From positions 1-59,987 of the forward strand of contig NW_021834544.1 of assembly GCF_006345805.1 (NCBI RefSeq): a DNA stretch of 59,987 nt, written 5' to 3'. The position numbers and the translations under genes were made by a program. This document shows, piece after piece, positions 40,760 through 55,039 of this stretch (its first letter is position 1; the number at the start of each line of letters is the position of its first letter). The DNA is from Octopus sinensis. Its lineage: Eukaryota. The notes below the pieces were generated by a model, which made no database searches, was not told where the DNA came from, and saw only the letters and a program-made list of their open reading frames with translations.

Positions 40760-43462
40760 AATAATGGTGGTAATGAGGCTGGAACCAAAGGTGAAAGCCT
40801 TTCGCCCGGCAGGTGACCTGTGTTCGCACAGCGCATGTTCGGTCGTCATTCAGAGACTGCTTGCTCATAAAGCTAGAAGTAGAGAAGAAGGTGGAATAAG
40901 GAGGCAAACCGAACAGTAATTGAATGCTGGATCAGGAGAGAACCCAGGAGAACGAATGGAAACGAATGAAAGCAAAATAGAAATGAGATGGGACTCTTCG
41001 AAACAAGTTAGCCGATCAAGGAAGAGGAATAAGAGCAAAAGGGTGGCTAACAGACATAGAAATAGAAGTGATAAAAAGGTAAGTATTAGATAGAAATAAT
41101 ACTTCGCCAACAGATAATATGTCCAGTGAGAACAGAAAAAATGAAAGGTGGCAGTGAAGACGTAGAGTAAAGTATAAATGTAAATGCATTCTCAGTAAAT
41201 GAAGCAGAAGGAAGAGCAATATCACAAGAATACGATGATGACCGACTGGACATAGAGAGGACGCTGCATCGATATATTAGAGAAGACCAGGATCAAGCAC
41301 CTCCCCACCAACCTGGGGTATATTGACTGACACAAGCTCAGGGTAGAAACCGAAAGGATAGATTCGGTTCCTGGGATATTCCAGACGAGAAATACACCTG
41401 AAACTAACAATATTATTTGAGCTGCAGCTACGGTTGCTGCATAGAGATTTGGATACAAAAGAAAAGAACAAACAGAAGGTAAAGAACCGTACTGGTGTAG
41501 AGGAATTTGTGAGAAACAAATTTAAAAAGTAATTTGAGAGAAGAGGGGTTTTGCAGAGCGAAAGCATTAGAATAATGCTGGGAAAACATATAGAATAAAA
41601 GATAAAGGTTATGATGTGATATTGGAAGAATTGAAACAAAGAGTATTAGCAATCAATGCAAAACAGGAAAGATATCACAACAGAAAAAGACAGTTCAAGC
41701 AAAACAGATTGTTTGAAGCAAATCAGAAGAAAATGTTTCAGGAACTAGATGGGCAAATGCATGTAACAATGATACCAGATACAGAGGAAAGCAAGGCATT
41801 CTGAAGATGGGTCTGGGACCAACCTGTAGAGCATAAGGATGAAGCAAAGTGCCTGCATGAAATCCAAGATAGGTTAAGAAATATAGAAATCCAAAAAGAC
41901 ATAAGGAAAACTACAGAAATTATATAAAAAAGCAGTTAAGAAAATTCCCAAATTGGAAGAGCCCAGGATCGGATGAGGTCCAAGGGTATTGGATGAAGAA
42001 GCGGAGAGGGTTCCATGAAAGGATAGCACAACAGCTAGATGGGTGCTTGCAGGAAGGGTGCAGTACCCAGGTGGATGACAAAGAGAAAGACATTGATATG
42101 TGGATCCTGAAAAGGGAAATGTTGCATCCAAGTTTAGACCAATAACATGTCTTCCACTGATCTGGAAACTAATGTCAGGTGCTTTGGCCTGTGAACTGTA
42201 CAGATACTGGGAAAAAAAGTGCGCTGCTACCCTTTGAACAAAAAGGGTGCGGAAAATGGAGCCGGGGAACGAAAGATCAGCTCTTAATTGATAATCTATT
42301 TATCAGGAACTGCAGAAGACATACAAGCCTGAGCATGGCATGGGTTGACTATCGCAAAGTGTACGATACGATATCACACTCCTGGATAACAAGAACAATG
42401 GAAATGTATGGAGTAGCACAGAATATGAGAAGCTCTATATAGAACAGCATGAAATACTGGAAAACGGAATTGACAGAAGGGAAGCAAGTACTAGGAGAGG
42501 TGAAAATCAAGAGAGGAATCTTGCTGGGGGACACTGTGTCCCCACTGATATTCGTGTTGGGAATGATCCTCTTGAGTGAAATACTACAGAAAACAAAGTT
42601 GAGGTACGATCTAGAAAGAGGTTAGGGAAAACTAAACCACTTGCTTTTCATGGACGACCTGAAGCTATTTACAAAAAACTGAGGCAGAACTGGACAGCTT
42701 AGTCCAGTCTGTGTGGATTTTCTCCAATGATATTAAGATGAAGTTTGGACTTTCAAAATGAGCTACGATGGTGATAAGGCGAGGAAAGCTTGCCAGGACA
42801 GAAGGCATATGGTTGCCAAGTGGTGAAATGATGAAAGCAATCCAACTTCACTCCAGCTATAAATACCTGGGAATACCTGAGACAGATGAAATCAAACACC
42901 AAAGACAAAAAGAGAATACCTGCGGCGGGTGAGAAAAATATTGGCTTCAAAGCAGAATGTCAGAAATATAATTTCGGCTATAAACTCGCGCGCAGTTGCA
43001 GAAGTTCGGTTGGGCGCTGGAATCCTGAAGTGGAAAGAAGAGGAGCTAAAAGAGTTGGACAGGAAGTCAAGAAAGTTCCTAACGATGCATGGAGTCCATC
43101 ATCCACGTGCAGACACTGATCGCTATATATGAAGAGAGTAAATGGAGTGAGGGGGACTGATAAGTGTAGAGGACTGCGTGCTTATCGAACTTGAGAGCTT
43201 AATGAGATACCTAACCCAAAGTAAGGAAACCTTGCTTGTGACAGGAACGAGGGAACATTGAGAGCAGGGAAAAAAAAGGAAAACAAAGGAAGCAGTACAA
43301 ATAGGAAATGAAGAAGAATTACGCAAGAAGGGACTACACAATCAATTATATGTAGCCACAACAGAAGTTGCTGGGAAAAATAAGTGGGATTGGTTGATGA
43401 AAGGAACCCTAAAAAAAAAGAGACCAAGAGCACTATGCTGGCAGCGCAGGACCAAACTCTTG
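40760..43462 (+). mobile_element. Decayed R4/Dong-clade non-LTR retrotransposon; 5' boundary uncertain, 3' end cut by a mariner fragment
   Basis: LEELKQRVLAINAK...QNRLF; [19 protein letters not shown]; [10 protein letters not shown]; HLLFMDDLKLF; ELDRKSRKFLTMHGVHHPRAD. Confidence 0.85.
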
Positions 43463-43838
43463 CAGAAGAGGGTCAATCATTCTTCATGGCATTGATTGAC
43501 CACACGTTTCACTAATGACAGCCCAAAAGTTGAGGGAACTTGGCTACGAAGTTCTTCCCATACAGCTTATTCCCCAGGCCTTTCTCCTACAGACTAACCC
43601 TTTTTTTGAAACACCTTAATGATTTCCTGCGAAAGAAGGAGTTCAAAATTCAAACCGATGCGTTCAAAGAGTTCATCAGCTCCAGAACACCAGATTTTTA
43701 TGTTACCGGAATAAACAAACTTGTAGCTCGTTGGCAAAAATGTGTTACTTTGATGAATAAAATTTCAGCATTGTTGAAATATATTGTGATAAATTTCATG
43801 TTTCAAAACGTTACTTACTTTTTACTCAGACTGATTTA
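43463..43838 (+). mobile_element. Mariner 3' fragment
   Basis: KHLNDFLRKKEF...FKEFISSRTPDFYVTGINKLVARWQKCV followed by TIR-like ttactttttactcagactga. Confidence 0.8.
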
Positions 43839-43882
43839 TGTGTATAATGGTATATATTGTATATATATATATATATATATAT

Positions 43883-44295
43883 ATTAAATTAGAGATAAAA
43901 CCACTATTAGGCAAATCAAACAGTGAAAAATATAAACCAAAACATAGAAATAAAATTAATTAATATAATATACAAAATATATAAAGTATAAAATTCAAAA
44001 ATTAAATTATTTAAATTTAAAGTTAAAATTTCAAAATTAAAAAAAATTATTAATTTATACTTATAAATAGGCTTTCCATTTAATTCTAGAATTTTGAATT
44101 TTATATTTTATATATTTTGCATATTATATTCATTAATTTTATTTCTATGTCTTGGTTTATGTTTTTCACTGTTTGATTTGCCTAATAGTGGTTTTATCTC
44201 TAATTTAATCTATATATTTATACTGTAAAATTAGATTTAATCCTAAATCTAATTTTTCCCTGTAAGTTTGGATTTACTCCCTAATATTGTTATTA
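43883..44295. repeat. AT-rich foldback repeat; related one-arm copy at ~5630-5790
   Basis: attaaattagagataaaaccactattaggcaaatcaaacagtgaaaaa is inverted at ~44162-44208. Confidence 0.75.
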
Positions 44296-45198
44296 ATGTA
44301 TGTATATGTATATGTATTTATAAATAGAACAAAAACGCAATAGAAGGCATTAAAACATTCGGAGAGATAGATGATGCAAGGCAGACAAGAGAAACAACAA
44401 TTAGACGGACAGGCAAAAAAAGGCAGGTCATTCTTGGCTTTCTTTCATCAGTCAAGTCCCAGAAGTCACGACCATTTCGGACAGTTCCACTTGTGATGGT
44501 TATGGAGATGTATGCATGTATGTGTGTGTCTATGTGTACGAGGGGAAGACAGGAGTGTGCAAGAGAGAGAGAGAGGGAGTGGGAGAGAGAGAGAGAGAAA
44601 GAAAGAAAGAAGGAAAGAAGGAAAGAAAGAGAGAGAAAGAGAGGGAGAGGGAGGGGGAAGAGAAAAATGATTACAATTGATCATAGAGCTGGTCACGATT
44701 TGATTTAGGGTGAAACAACGACGGTAACTTTGCGAAATTGAAAACCGAACCTTCTTTCTATGGCATCTAAAGCTAAGCTTACTAAGATCTTACCGTTACT
44801 ACTCTATATCGCGTCAGGAAACCGCAATTAGGATTGCAATTGACCGAACGAACGAATGAAAGTTATTTTCTCTTCGCTTAAACCATTCATTTATTGAAAG
44901 GGACGGGGTGAAACGGGGCGGAATGGAGCGGAAGTAGACGGAAGGAGATGGGGGGGGGGAAGAAACAGTTTCGCTAGTTCAGTAGAAGCGTAAGTGAAGC
45001 AATTCGATCTGGAGACTGACAGCTTTAACGAGTAGATTGGACGATGGGTCATGGCTCAACATGAATAAATAATTCGAGATCAAATCTATCCGCTCATCGA
45101 TTAGTTAGCGCGTAAGAGCAAAGCAGAGCGAGAGAGAGAGAGAGAGGGGGCGAGAGAGGGGGAGAGAGGGGGAGAGAGACGGATATATATGCATTTTA

Positions 45199-45262
<64 letters not shown>

Positions 45263-45344
45263 CACTCACACTCACACACACACTCGCACGCGCACGTACG
45301 CACACGCGCGCGCAATCGCACACACACACACCACACACACACAC

Positions 45345-45390
<46 letters not shown>

Positions 45391-45871
45391 GTTATCTTCA
45401 AAGAAACTATTAACTTTCGATGCTAAGAGGATTGCTGCTAAATTTATCTCCCGATATGAAGAAGTTCCCTGTTCGTTCTGATTATATAAATAAGTAAATA
45501 AAATACTAAAAACAAGCAAATAAGTAAACAAGCAAACATATGAATAGATAATTAAAGACGTGTAACGGGAAGTACAGAATGAAGAAAAAAATTGAAACAC
45601 TTGCCCCTCCTCTAAACAAAAAAATATCAAAGAAAATATAAATAATGACCAATGAATTTATTTAAGAGTATTTATTTATAGCTGAAAAGGAAACGTAAAG
45701 ATCTCTTTCGAAAGCGAAATAGTATAACCGTCACTCGCGAGCGAACGTAATGCCGTTAACATGTACCGTGCTCTCGTTAACTGTTTTAGTTGCCTGTGTA
45801 GTCTCGAGCAGATATAAGCATCTTGCCAGTGCCCAGCATCCATGATCCAGTGGAATGTTCTGTGAAAGCTG

Positions 45872-46256
45872 TGGAGGCGCAATGGCCCAGTGGTTAGGGG
45901 AGCGGACTCGCGGTCGTAGGATCGCGGTTTCGATTCCCAGACCGGGCGTTGTGAGTATTTATTGAGCGAAAACACCTAAAGTTCCACGAGGCTCCGTCAG
46001 GGGATGGTAGTGATCCCTGCTGTACTCTTTCACCACAACTTTCTCTCACTCTTACTTCCTGTTTCTGTTGTACCTGTATTTCAAAGGGCCGGCCTTGTCA
46101 CTCTCTGTGTCACGCTGAATATCCCCGAGAACTACGTTAAGGGTACACGTGCCTGTGGAGTGCTCAGCCACTTACACGTTAATTTCACGAGCAGGCTGTT
46201 CCGTTGATCGAATAAACCGGAACCCTCGTCGTCGTAACCGACGGAGTGCTTCCACA
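45872..46256 (+). mobile_element. tRNA-derived SINE family D with TSD
   Basis: tggcccagtggttagg / ggtttcgattccc A and B boxes; TSD gtgaaagctg at 45862-45871 and 46257-46266. Confidence 0.8.
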
Positions 46257-46539
46257 GTGAAAGCTGGAAGGTGAGAGGCGAGAGAAGGCTGCTACAAGTA
46301 GGACCCGCTTAGCTAGGTACATATTCAAAGCTGAGTGGACTGGCGCAATATGATAGAAAATGCCATATGAGTTTAGAATAGTGAGAGCAACACTTTAACC
46401 ACGTGACCACTCAACTTTTTCATTAAAAGTTACACATTAAAGGTTATTTGAGGTTTTCTGAAAGGGAAGCTATTTCACATCGAATTTTCTATCTGCAATC
46501 CAAGCTTTCTGATTGGCTGCTTTCGTCTTTCTAGTAAGT

Positions 46540-46635
46540 TCTTTCTTTCTTCCTTCCTTCCTTTATTTCTTTCTTTCTTGCTTGCTTGCTTGCATGTTTT
46601 CTCGGTTTCTCTTTCTTTCTTTCTTTCTTTCTTTC

Positions 46636-46672
<37 letters not shown>

Positions 46673-46732
46673 TTCCTTCCTTCCTTTATTTCTTTCTTTC
46701 TTCCTTACTTGCTTGCATGCTTTCTCGGTTTC

Positions 46733-46763
<31 letters not shown>

Positions 46764-47162
46764 GTTTTTCTTCCTTCCTTCCTTTATTTCTTTCTTTCTT
46801 CCTTACTTGCTTGCATGCTTTCTCGGTTCTTTCTTTCTTCTCTTTCCTTTCTTTCTTTCTTTCTGTCTGTTTTCTTCCTTCCTCCTCCTTTATTTTTCTT
46901 TCTTTCTTCCTTACTTGCTTGCATGCTTTCTCGTTTCTCTTTCTTTCTTTCTCACTCTCTCTTCTTTCTTTCTTTCTGTTTTCTTCCTTCCTTCCTTTAT
47001 TTCTTTCTTTCTTCCTTACTTGCTTGCATGCTTTCTCGGTTTCTCTTTCTATCTTTCTTTCTTTCTTTTTTCTTTCTTCCTTCCTTTCTTTTTTTACTTC
47101 TTTCTTTACTTCTTTTCTTTTTTTCTTTCTTTCTTTAATTCTTTTTTCTTTCGTTTCTTTCT
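46540..47162 (+). repeat. (CTTT)n compound tract with a ~100-120-bp higher-order unit
   Basis: ttacttgcttgcatgctttctcg recurs about five times. Confidence 0.85.
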
Positions 47163-47712
47163 TAGCGAGACCACTTAGTAGGGTGGTTGTGGTGGTGCAA
47201 TGATTAGTGAGGTTGCGATGTGAGCGAGAGAGGATGAGGAGAGAAAATGAAATAAGATAAAATAAAATAAAATAAAATAAATAAATGAATGAATAAATAA
47301 AGAAGGAAAGAAAGAAGAAATAAACAAAAGAAGAAAAATGATTTGAGTACTTGACTGGTGCATTATTTGCCGACCCTGAACAGATGAATGGGATAGTCAG
47401 CATCGGCTGGATTTGAACCCAAATTGTAAAGAGTAAGAATAAACACCACATGCTCGATGTTCTAACGATTCGGCTAATTCCTCATCCTTTTTGTTTCTAA
47501 GCTAGGCACATGGCCTGAAATGTGGAAAGGAGTAATGCTCAATTATATCGACTCCAGTATTTGACTGGTACTTTATGTTGTCGACGACTGAAGGAAAAAA
47601 GATAAAATTGACTTCAGCAGGATTTGAAACCGGATCGTAAAAAGCTGGTTACGAGTAGCGCGAGGCATCTATAAATCCATCCGTAACGATTCTGATAATC
47701 ATCTGCCACTTT

Positions 47713-49094
47713 AGGAAGAAGAAGGGGAGGAGGAGAGGGAGAAGATGAGAAGGAGGAGGGGAGAGAAGAGATAGAGGAGGAGAGGAGGAGAGAAAGAAGA
47801 TGAGAAGGAGAGGGAAGATGAGGTAGGAGAGGGATGAGGAGGGGAAGAAGATGAGGAGGAGGGAAGAGAGTGAGGAGGAAGGAGGGGAGGGGAGGATGGA
47901 GAGAAAAAAGAATGAAGAAGAAGGAGGAGGGGGGAGAAGGAGGAGGAGGAGGAGGAGGAGAAGAAGAAGAAGAAGAAGAAGAAGAAAAGAAGAAGAAGAA
48001 GAAGAAGAATGACAAGTGAAGAAGAAAAAAGGAAATAAACTAGCAAGAATTGAAGACTCTTATCCAGCAATATAGAAAGAAAATATAAGAATGAGATGAA
48101 AAAAAACTGAGTAAAAAAGAAAAAGAAGAAAAAAGATAGAAGAAAAGTTTAGCAATAAGAAGCATTTTAATGGGATTAAAGATGGGAATGGATAGATTAA
48201 AAGGAAAGTAAGTGGAATCAAAGAAAAAGATTAGTGCTACTTTCAGACACCTAAGGAGAGAAATAAGACGAAAAAGAGAGAGAGGGGGAAAGAGAAAGAG
48301 AGATACAGAGAAAGAGAGAGAGACAGAGGGAGAGAGAAAGAGAGAGACAGGGGGAGAGAGAGAGGAAGAGAGAGATAACGAGACGTAATGTGAGAGAAGG
48401 AGAGAGATGGAAAGAGAAACATGGTAAGAAGGAGAAAGGCAGAGAGAGAGAGAGAGAGAGGAGAAAAAGAGAGATGGAGAGAACGAAAGATGGAGAGAAA
48501 GATATGGGGAGACAGAGATGGAAGAGATGGAGAGTAATATGGAGAAACATGGAAAGAGAGAGAGACATACAGGGAGACATATTGGGAGAGAGAGAGAGAG
48601 AGAGAGAAAGGAGAGTTGGAGATAAAAACATGGCAAAGAGAGAGGGGGAGAGAGAGCGGTAGAAGGAAAGATAGAGATAAAGAGAGACTCAGACAGACAG
48701 AGACAGACAGAGATGAAGAAAGACAGAAAAAGAGTGAGAGAGCAAGCATGTGAGTGGGAGTGAGATATAGAGATAGAGAAACAGAGATAGAGACAGTCAG
48801 ATTAAGAGAGAGAGAGAGAGAGAGAGAGAGGAGGAGACGAAGCGAGAGAGAAAGAGGGTGAGAGAGTTGGAGAACGAGAGAGAGGGAAAGAGAGTTGGAG
48901 AGAGAGAGAGGGGGAGGGAGAATTGGAGAGAGAGAGAGAAATAGAAAGAAACAGAATGAGGGAGACACAGAGAGAGGTAGAGAGAGATCGACAGACAGAA
49001 AGACAGAGACAGAAAGAAAGAAAGAAAGAAAGAAAGAAGGAAAGAAGGAAAGAAAGAGAGAAAGAGAGAAAGTGAGTGGGTATGTGTATGTGTG

Positions 49095-49131
<37 letters not shown>

Positions 49132-49140
49132 GAGAAGGGT
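47713..49140 (+). repeat. GA-rich low-complexity region
   Basis: Direct inspection. Confidence 0.85.
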
Positions 49141-49620
49141 GGGGGAGATACGTCTGATTGTGTAACTGTACCTAATTATAGATCCGTTCAAGAATAATTC
49201 CAAATGAGACGGTTAGGAGGGATGGGGTAGGGTGGAAGGGGGGGAGGTGATGATGATAATGAATATAAGAAAAGAAAAAGAAAACAAAAAATAGAACTGC
49301 CTCCTCCCCCCCTTACAAAATAACAAAAAACCCAAACAAAATATTCCCCCTTCTTCTGCTCCATTTTCACGAAATTGATGGAAGACATCACTTCAAAGAG
49401 AATCTATATACACCTGTCAGAATCTGCATCTCACTACATTAGATAGATGGGAGGCAGAAGGAAAAGAGGAGGAGAGGGAGGAGGAGGAAGAGGATGAGAA
49501 GTAGCGGTGGTAGTAGTGATAGTGGTAGTAGTAGTAGTAGTAGTAGTAGTGATGGAAGATAAGCATAAAGTAGTAATAGCGGTAGTAATGGTTGTTGTGA
49601 TTGTAGTGGTAGTAGTAGTT

Positions 49621-49669
<49 letters not shown>

Positions 49670-50083
49670 AGGAAAAAGAAGAAGAAAAAGAAGAAAGACA
49701 ATAAGATAAAATTAGAAATAATAATAATGACGACGACGACGATGATGATGATGATGAAGATGATGATGACGACGATGAGTGAGGTGTCAGCTTCAAAAAT
49801 AATCAATATTTTTGGCTATTTTCTTGAATGTCAAATATCTCTCATTGGTTGACATTTTAGAGGTATTCGTGAGATATTGTTTTTTTTTAATTTTTCTTTC
49901 TTTTTTTTTTCACTTTCGGAAAGAAGATAAACTAACGCAAAACTAGTTACGACACAGGCTGTTGCTGATGTTGTTGTTGCGATTGTCTTTGCTGTTATTT
50001 ATTTGTTTAACCGTTTAACATTTAAACCGGCCATATACGGCCCAGATATTCTACCTGTTTCATATATTTGTACTGGCTAGATC

Positions 50084-50348
50084 TGGTGGAGGCGCGTGGC
50101 TTAGTGGTTAGGCTGTCAGCACCATGATCGTAAGATTGTGGATTCGATTCCTGGACTTGGCGACGCGTTGTGTTCTTGAGCAAAACAGATCATTTCACGT
50201 TGCTCCAGTCCACTCAGCTGGCAAAAATGAGTAACTTTGCGATGGACTGGCGTCCCATCCAGCTGGGGGGAACACATACGCAATAGAAACCGGGAAACCA
50301 GGCCCATGAGCCTGGCTAGGCTTTAAAAGGGCGCATCTATTTACCTAT
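50084..50348 (+). mobile_element. tRNA-SINE related to family C, with 13-bp TSD
   Basis: TSD tactggctagatc at 50071-50083 and 50349-50361. Confidence 0.8.
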
Positions 50349-50690
50349 TACTGGCTAGATCCAACCTCATACACTTTCTCTTCAATGTCATTCTAAAAGC
50401 AAACAATCGCATCATCGAAATCCTGAAGTGACAAAATAATATATGATTTAGTCTAAACAATGTGAATAAAGCATTACACTTGACAGAATAATTTGAATGC
50501 TTCCTTTAGCATTTAAATGGGTATATCTGGTCAGAATATCAAGTTCAAACTGGCCAGACCCAACATCTCACACCTACTCTACAATGTAATTGTAAAAATA
50601 AACAATCACGTCATTGAATCTCAAAGCTATGGTATAATGCATGGTTAATTCTAAACAATGTGAATAAATAAGTATTACATTTGACAAAGA

Positions 50691-51151
50691 CGTATGAGAT
50701 GGCTTGGACATGTTAGCCGTATGGAAGATGGCAGAATCCCCAAGGACATACTCTAGGGAGAGCTTGCTAGGGGCACTAGGTCTGTGGGAAGACCGTTCTT
50801 ACGATACAAGGATGTTTGCAAAAAGGACATTATTGGCCTGCGGCATCAATATTAGCGGTTGGGAAGCAGTTGCCAGCAACCGTGGAGACTGTCGACGTAC
50901 CGTAAAAGAGGGAATACAAAGGAGCGACAGAGGGAGAGAGGAGAAATGGAGAGACAAGAAAAGACGTCAACAAGAAACTATGACATTACAACCAGTCAGG
51001 CAAAGTCTTCGCTACATTTGCGGCATCTGCCAGAGATAGGACTACACAGCCACAGCAGGAAATGTGTTAGGACATGAAATGTAAAAGCCGGACTAGATTA
51101 TTTTATGCGCAACTCCATTGTCTCCCGAGACAAAAAAGGATGCCAACAACA
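50691..51151 (+). mobile_element. Short 5'-truncated copy of the same RTE family with TSD
   Basis: Closely similar to 26325-26776; TSD acatttgacaaaga at 50677-50690 and 51152-51165. Confidence 0.9.
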
Positions 51152-52056
51152 ACATTTGACAAAGAAATCCGAATGCTAAACGGTTAGACCCAGGTCATTC
51201 TGATCCTATGTACGCGTGACATGTGACTGTCTTTCTATTATTGAAACCTGGTGTATATACAACTACATTATCAAATGTGTGTTTCTTATATGGTGTATAT
51301 ACGACTACATTATCAAATGTATTTATACGACAGGGTGTGATTTGAGATCATTTTCGAGCAGGTCGGACTGTTGTCAATCGGGTTGTTGGCAGGCTTTGGT
51401 TATGCCGGTACAACAAAATATTTTTGAGCCTGCAAGTGGTACCCGTTAGGTTGTTGTTTTATCTTTGGTCATTGGACTACGACCATTCTGGGGCTCGCCC
51501 TTAAAGTCGAAAGAATCAACCTCTGTATTTAGGTTTTTGAAGCTTAGCACTAATACTATCGGTTTATTTTGCTTATTCGCTAAGGTAAAGGGACGTTAGC
51601 AAATCAACACCGGTTGCCAAGCGGTGGGGGGGGGGGCAAGCATAAACACAGAGATACGTACATACATGCACGCATACATATATGCATGCACACATACATA
51701 CACACACATACATACATACACACACACATACATATATATATATCTATGTATGTATATATACATATACATACACACACACACATATATATATGTATGTATG
51801 TATACATACATACACACACACACACATATATATTCTTTTATACGTTTCAGCCCCAAGGCTGTGACCAAATTGGGGCAATATTATATATATGTGTGTGTGC
51901 GTGTGTATGTATGTGTGTGTGTGTGTGTGTAACCTAGTCTCTTTGCCAGTGGGGTAGCATTATTCGAAAATGAAAACAATGCGGAGTACATTGTGACTAG
52001 CGATGTATAACAGCATTGTATAGTCTAGTCGATTCTGTGATACCGCGATATATATA

Positions 52057-52106
<50 letters not shown>

Positions 52107-52154
52107 ATATATATATATTATATATATATGCGCCTATATTTATGTATATATATA

Positions 52155-54383
52155 TCACTTTGATCACTTTGACCGACCAGTCCGTCAGGCGTCCATTTGA
52201 CACCGCTGGTCACAGCATGCTGTCCACTACTCTCTGGATCGCGCCTTTCTCATCCACGTGATCCCAATCGTCCTCTTGAAATCGTCACTCCACCGTCGTG
52301 GAGGTCTTCCGGGTGGTCTTTTCCGCTCACGCGGGTACCACTCGACAACTGCGTGCGTCCACCGATTATCGGTGAGCCGGGCGACGTGTCCAGCCCATCT
52401 ATACTTGCTCTACATTCAGGAAGAGGGAGAGGATGAGATGGACTTGGATATCGCCGAACTCTAAGCACCGAAGCGAGATCGACTACATCCTGGTTGATAA
52501 GCGACGCATATTGCATGACGTCTCCGTCGTGACGCCATTCAACACCGGCAGCGATCATCGTCTGGTAAGGGCGAGGGTCGTCATCGACGAGAAGAGGGAG
52601 AAGATGGCGTTATATTTGGCGTCGAAGGGAAAACGTGTCCGAGTCTACAACGAAGCAAAGCTGCAGGAAGCCATCATGCAGGAAGACTGGTGCCAAGGAG
52701 ACGACATAGACGATGACTACAACTCACTGATAGGGAAACTGAAAGAGTGTTTAAGGAAAGCTAAGGGTGTATGCCTAAGAGAAAAGAAGGGAAGAATCTC
52801 GGAAGAAACTACGAAGTTACTCGAGAAGAGGAAAAATATGAAGGGGACTATTGAAGATCACCTTGAATATTCCATTCTCAGCAGAGTGATTCGTCAGCAA
52901 CTAAAGAAAGACTTTGAGGCACACCGGATGGAGAAGCTCTTGAAGGCCGCAGAGGAAAAGAAGAGCCTCAAGAAATGCAAGAGGGACATGGTACTATATA
53001 GATCGGAGGTGACGGCCCTGAAAAATACAGATGGAATACCGGTCAAGGAGAAGAGCGAGATGGAAAAAGTTTGTGAAGACTTCTACACCAAGCTCTTTAA
53101 GTCTACCAGAAATGTCCAGCCGTTACCACCACTCCAACAGGAAGAAAACGTGCCACCTATCCTTGTCAGTGAGGTTGAAAGAGCCATCGGCTCGATGAAA
53201 AACGGAAAGGCTCCAGGGAAAGACGGTACAACATCGGAGGTGCTAAAGTCAGGCAGAGAGCAGCTCTGGAAAATCCCCGATGAGCGATTTACGCACTATC
53301 TAGACGAGGGAAGAATTCCCTCGCAGTGGAAAGAGTCAAATACCATCCTGCTGTATAAGAAGGGCGACAGAGAAGATCTAAAGAACTACCGACCCATATG
53401 CCTGCTGTCTCACGTGTACAAGCTGTTCACGAAGATAATTCTGAACAGGTTGTCACGTCGTCTCGACGAACAACAACCGAGGGAGCAAGCAGGCTTCCGG
53501 AAGAACTACAGCTTAAGCGAGTAAATGCGTACAAGCTGCCACTTTGCGTTGCGTTTGTAGATTATGAGAAGGCCTTCGATAGCGTCGAAACCAATGCAGT
53601 GCTGAACTCGCTGCAGAGGCAAGGAATCGAAGCGCAATATGTGCAGCTGCTCAGAGAGGCAAATTCCGGATGCACCACCGACATAGCTCTACTGTCATCA
53701 CCCATACGAGTGCCGGTCGAGAAGGGAGTGAAGAAAGGAGATACAATCTCCCCAAAACTTTTCACTGCATGTCTCAAACAGATCATCAGAGGCATCGAAT
53801 GGCAAGGTGATGTCAACATCAATGGTGAGCTCCTCACTCACCTCCATTTCGCTGACGACATCGTACTCATCGCTGAAAACATGGATCAGCTTCAGACCAT
53901 GCTGACGGAGCTCGACATCAAAAGTTCTGCAGTAGGTCTCAAGATGAACCGCATGAAAACAAAGTTCATGCGGTCAGACAACGTACCAACAGGTCGAATG
54001 GTGATCGGCAGTGATGAAATAGAGGAGGTGAGAGAATATGTCTACCTGGGACAGGAAGTAAATATGTGCCGGGATATCAAAAAGGAGATCTCACGGAGAG
54101 TAAGGGCCGGATGGAAGGCGTTCAATGGCATAAGGGATGTGCTCAAGGGAAGGTTGGACAGGACCACCCGCGCCAACCTCATTAACAGTGCAGTTCTGCC
54201 TGCAATGTTATATGGTAGTGAAACATGGGCTACCACAAAGAGAGAAGAGCAAAGACTGGTAACGACTCAAAGAGCCATGGAAAGGTCAATGCTTGGTATC
54301 TCGTTGAGAGAGCACATAAATAGCAACATCATCAGAAAGAAGTCCGGCGTGAGAGATGCCATCGCAGAGTATACTCGCAGCAA

Positions 54384-54388
<5 letters not shown>
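52155..54388. mobile_element. RTE LINE with 5' inversion: 3' end on - (52409-52155), EN/RT body on + (52410-54388)
   Basis: Body: RWTW..EIDYIL..SDHRLV, NYRPICLL, FVDYEKAFD, HFADD, ending AEYTRSKY. The minus piece continues SKYRWAGHVARLTDNRW...GRPPRRW and ends in (tcaaagtga)2. Confidence 0.92.
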
Positions 54389-54426
<38 letters not shown>

Positions 54427-54443
54427 ATATACACACACATATA

Positions 54444-54980
<537 letters not shown>

Positions 54981-55039
54981 AAGGAATATATATATATATA
55001 AATACAAAATTTTGTTATATAAACAAAGATAGCTTAAAG

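Larger units (their letters stand above)
50007..51187 (+). mobile_element. Two tandem piggyBac-like MITE copies hosting the SINE and RTE insertions (related copy ~700-880 on -)
   Basis: ttaaccgtttaacattt ... aatgctaaacggtta termini; internal unit repeated at ~50020-50500 and 50503-51187. Confidence 0.5.
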
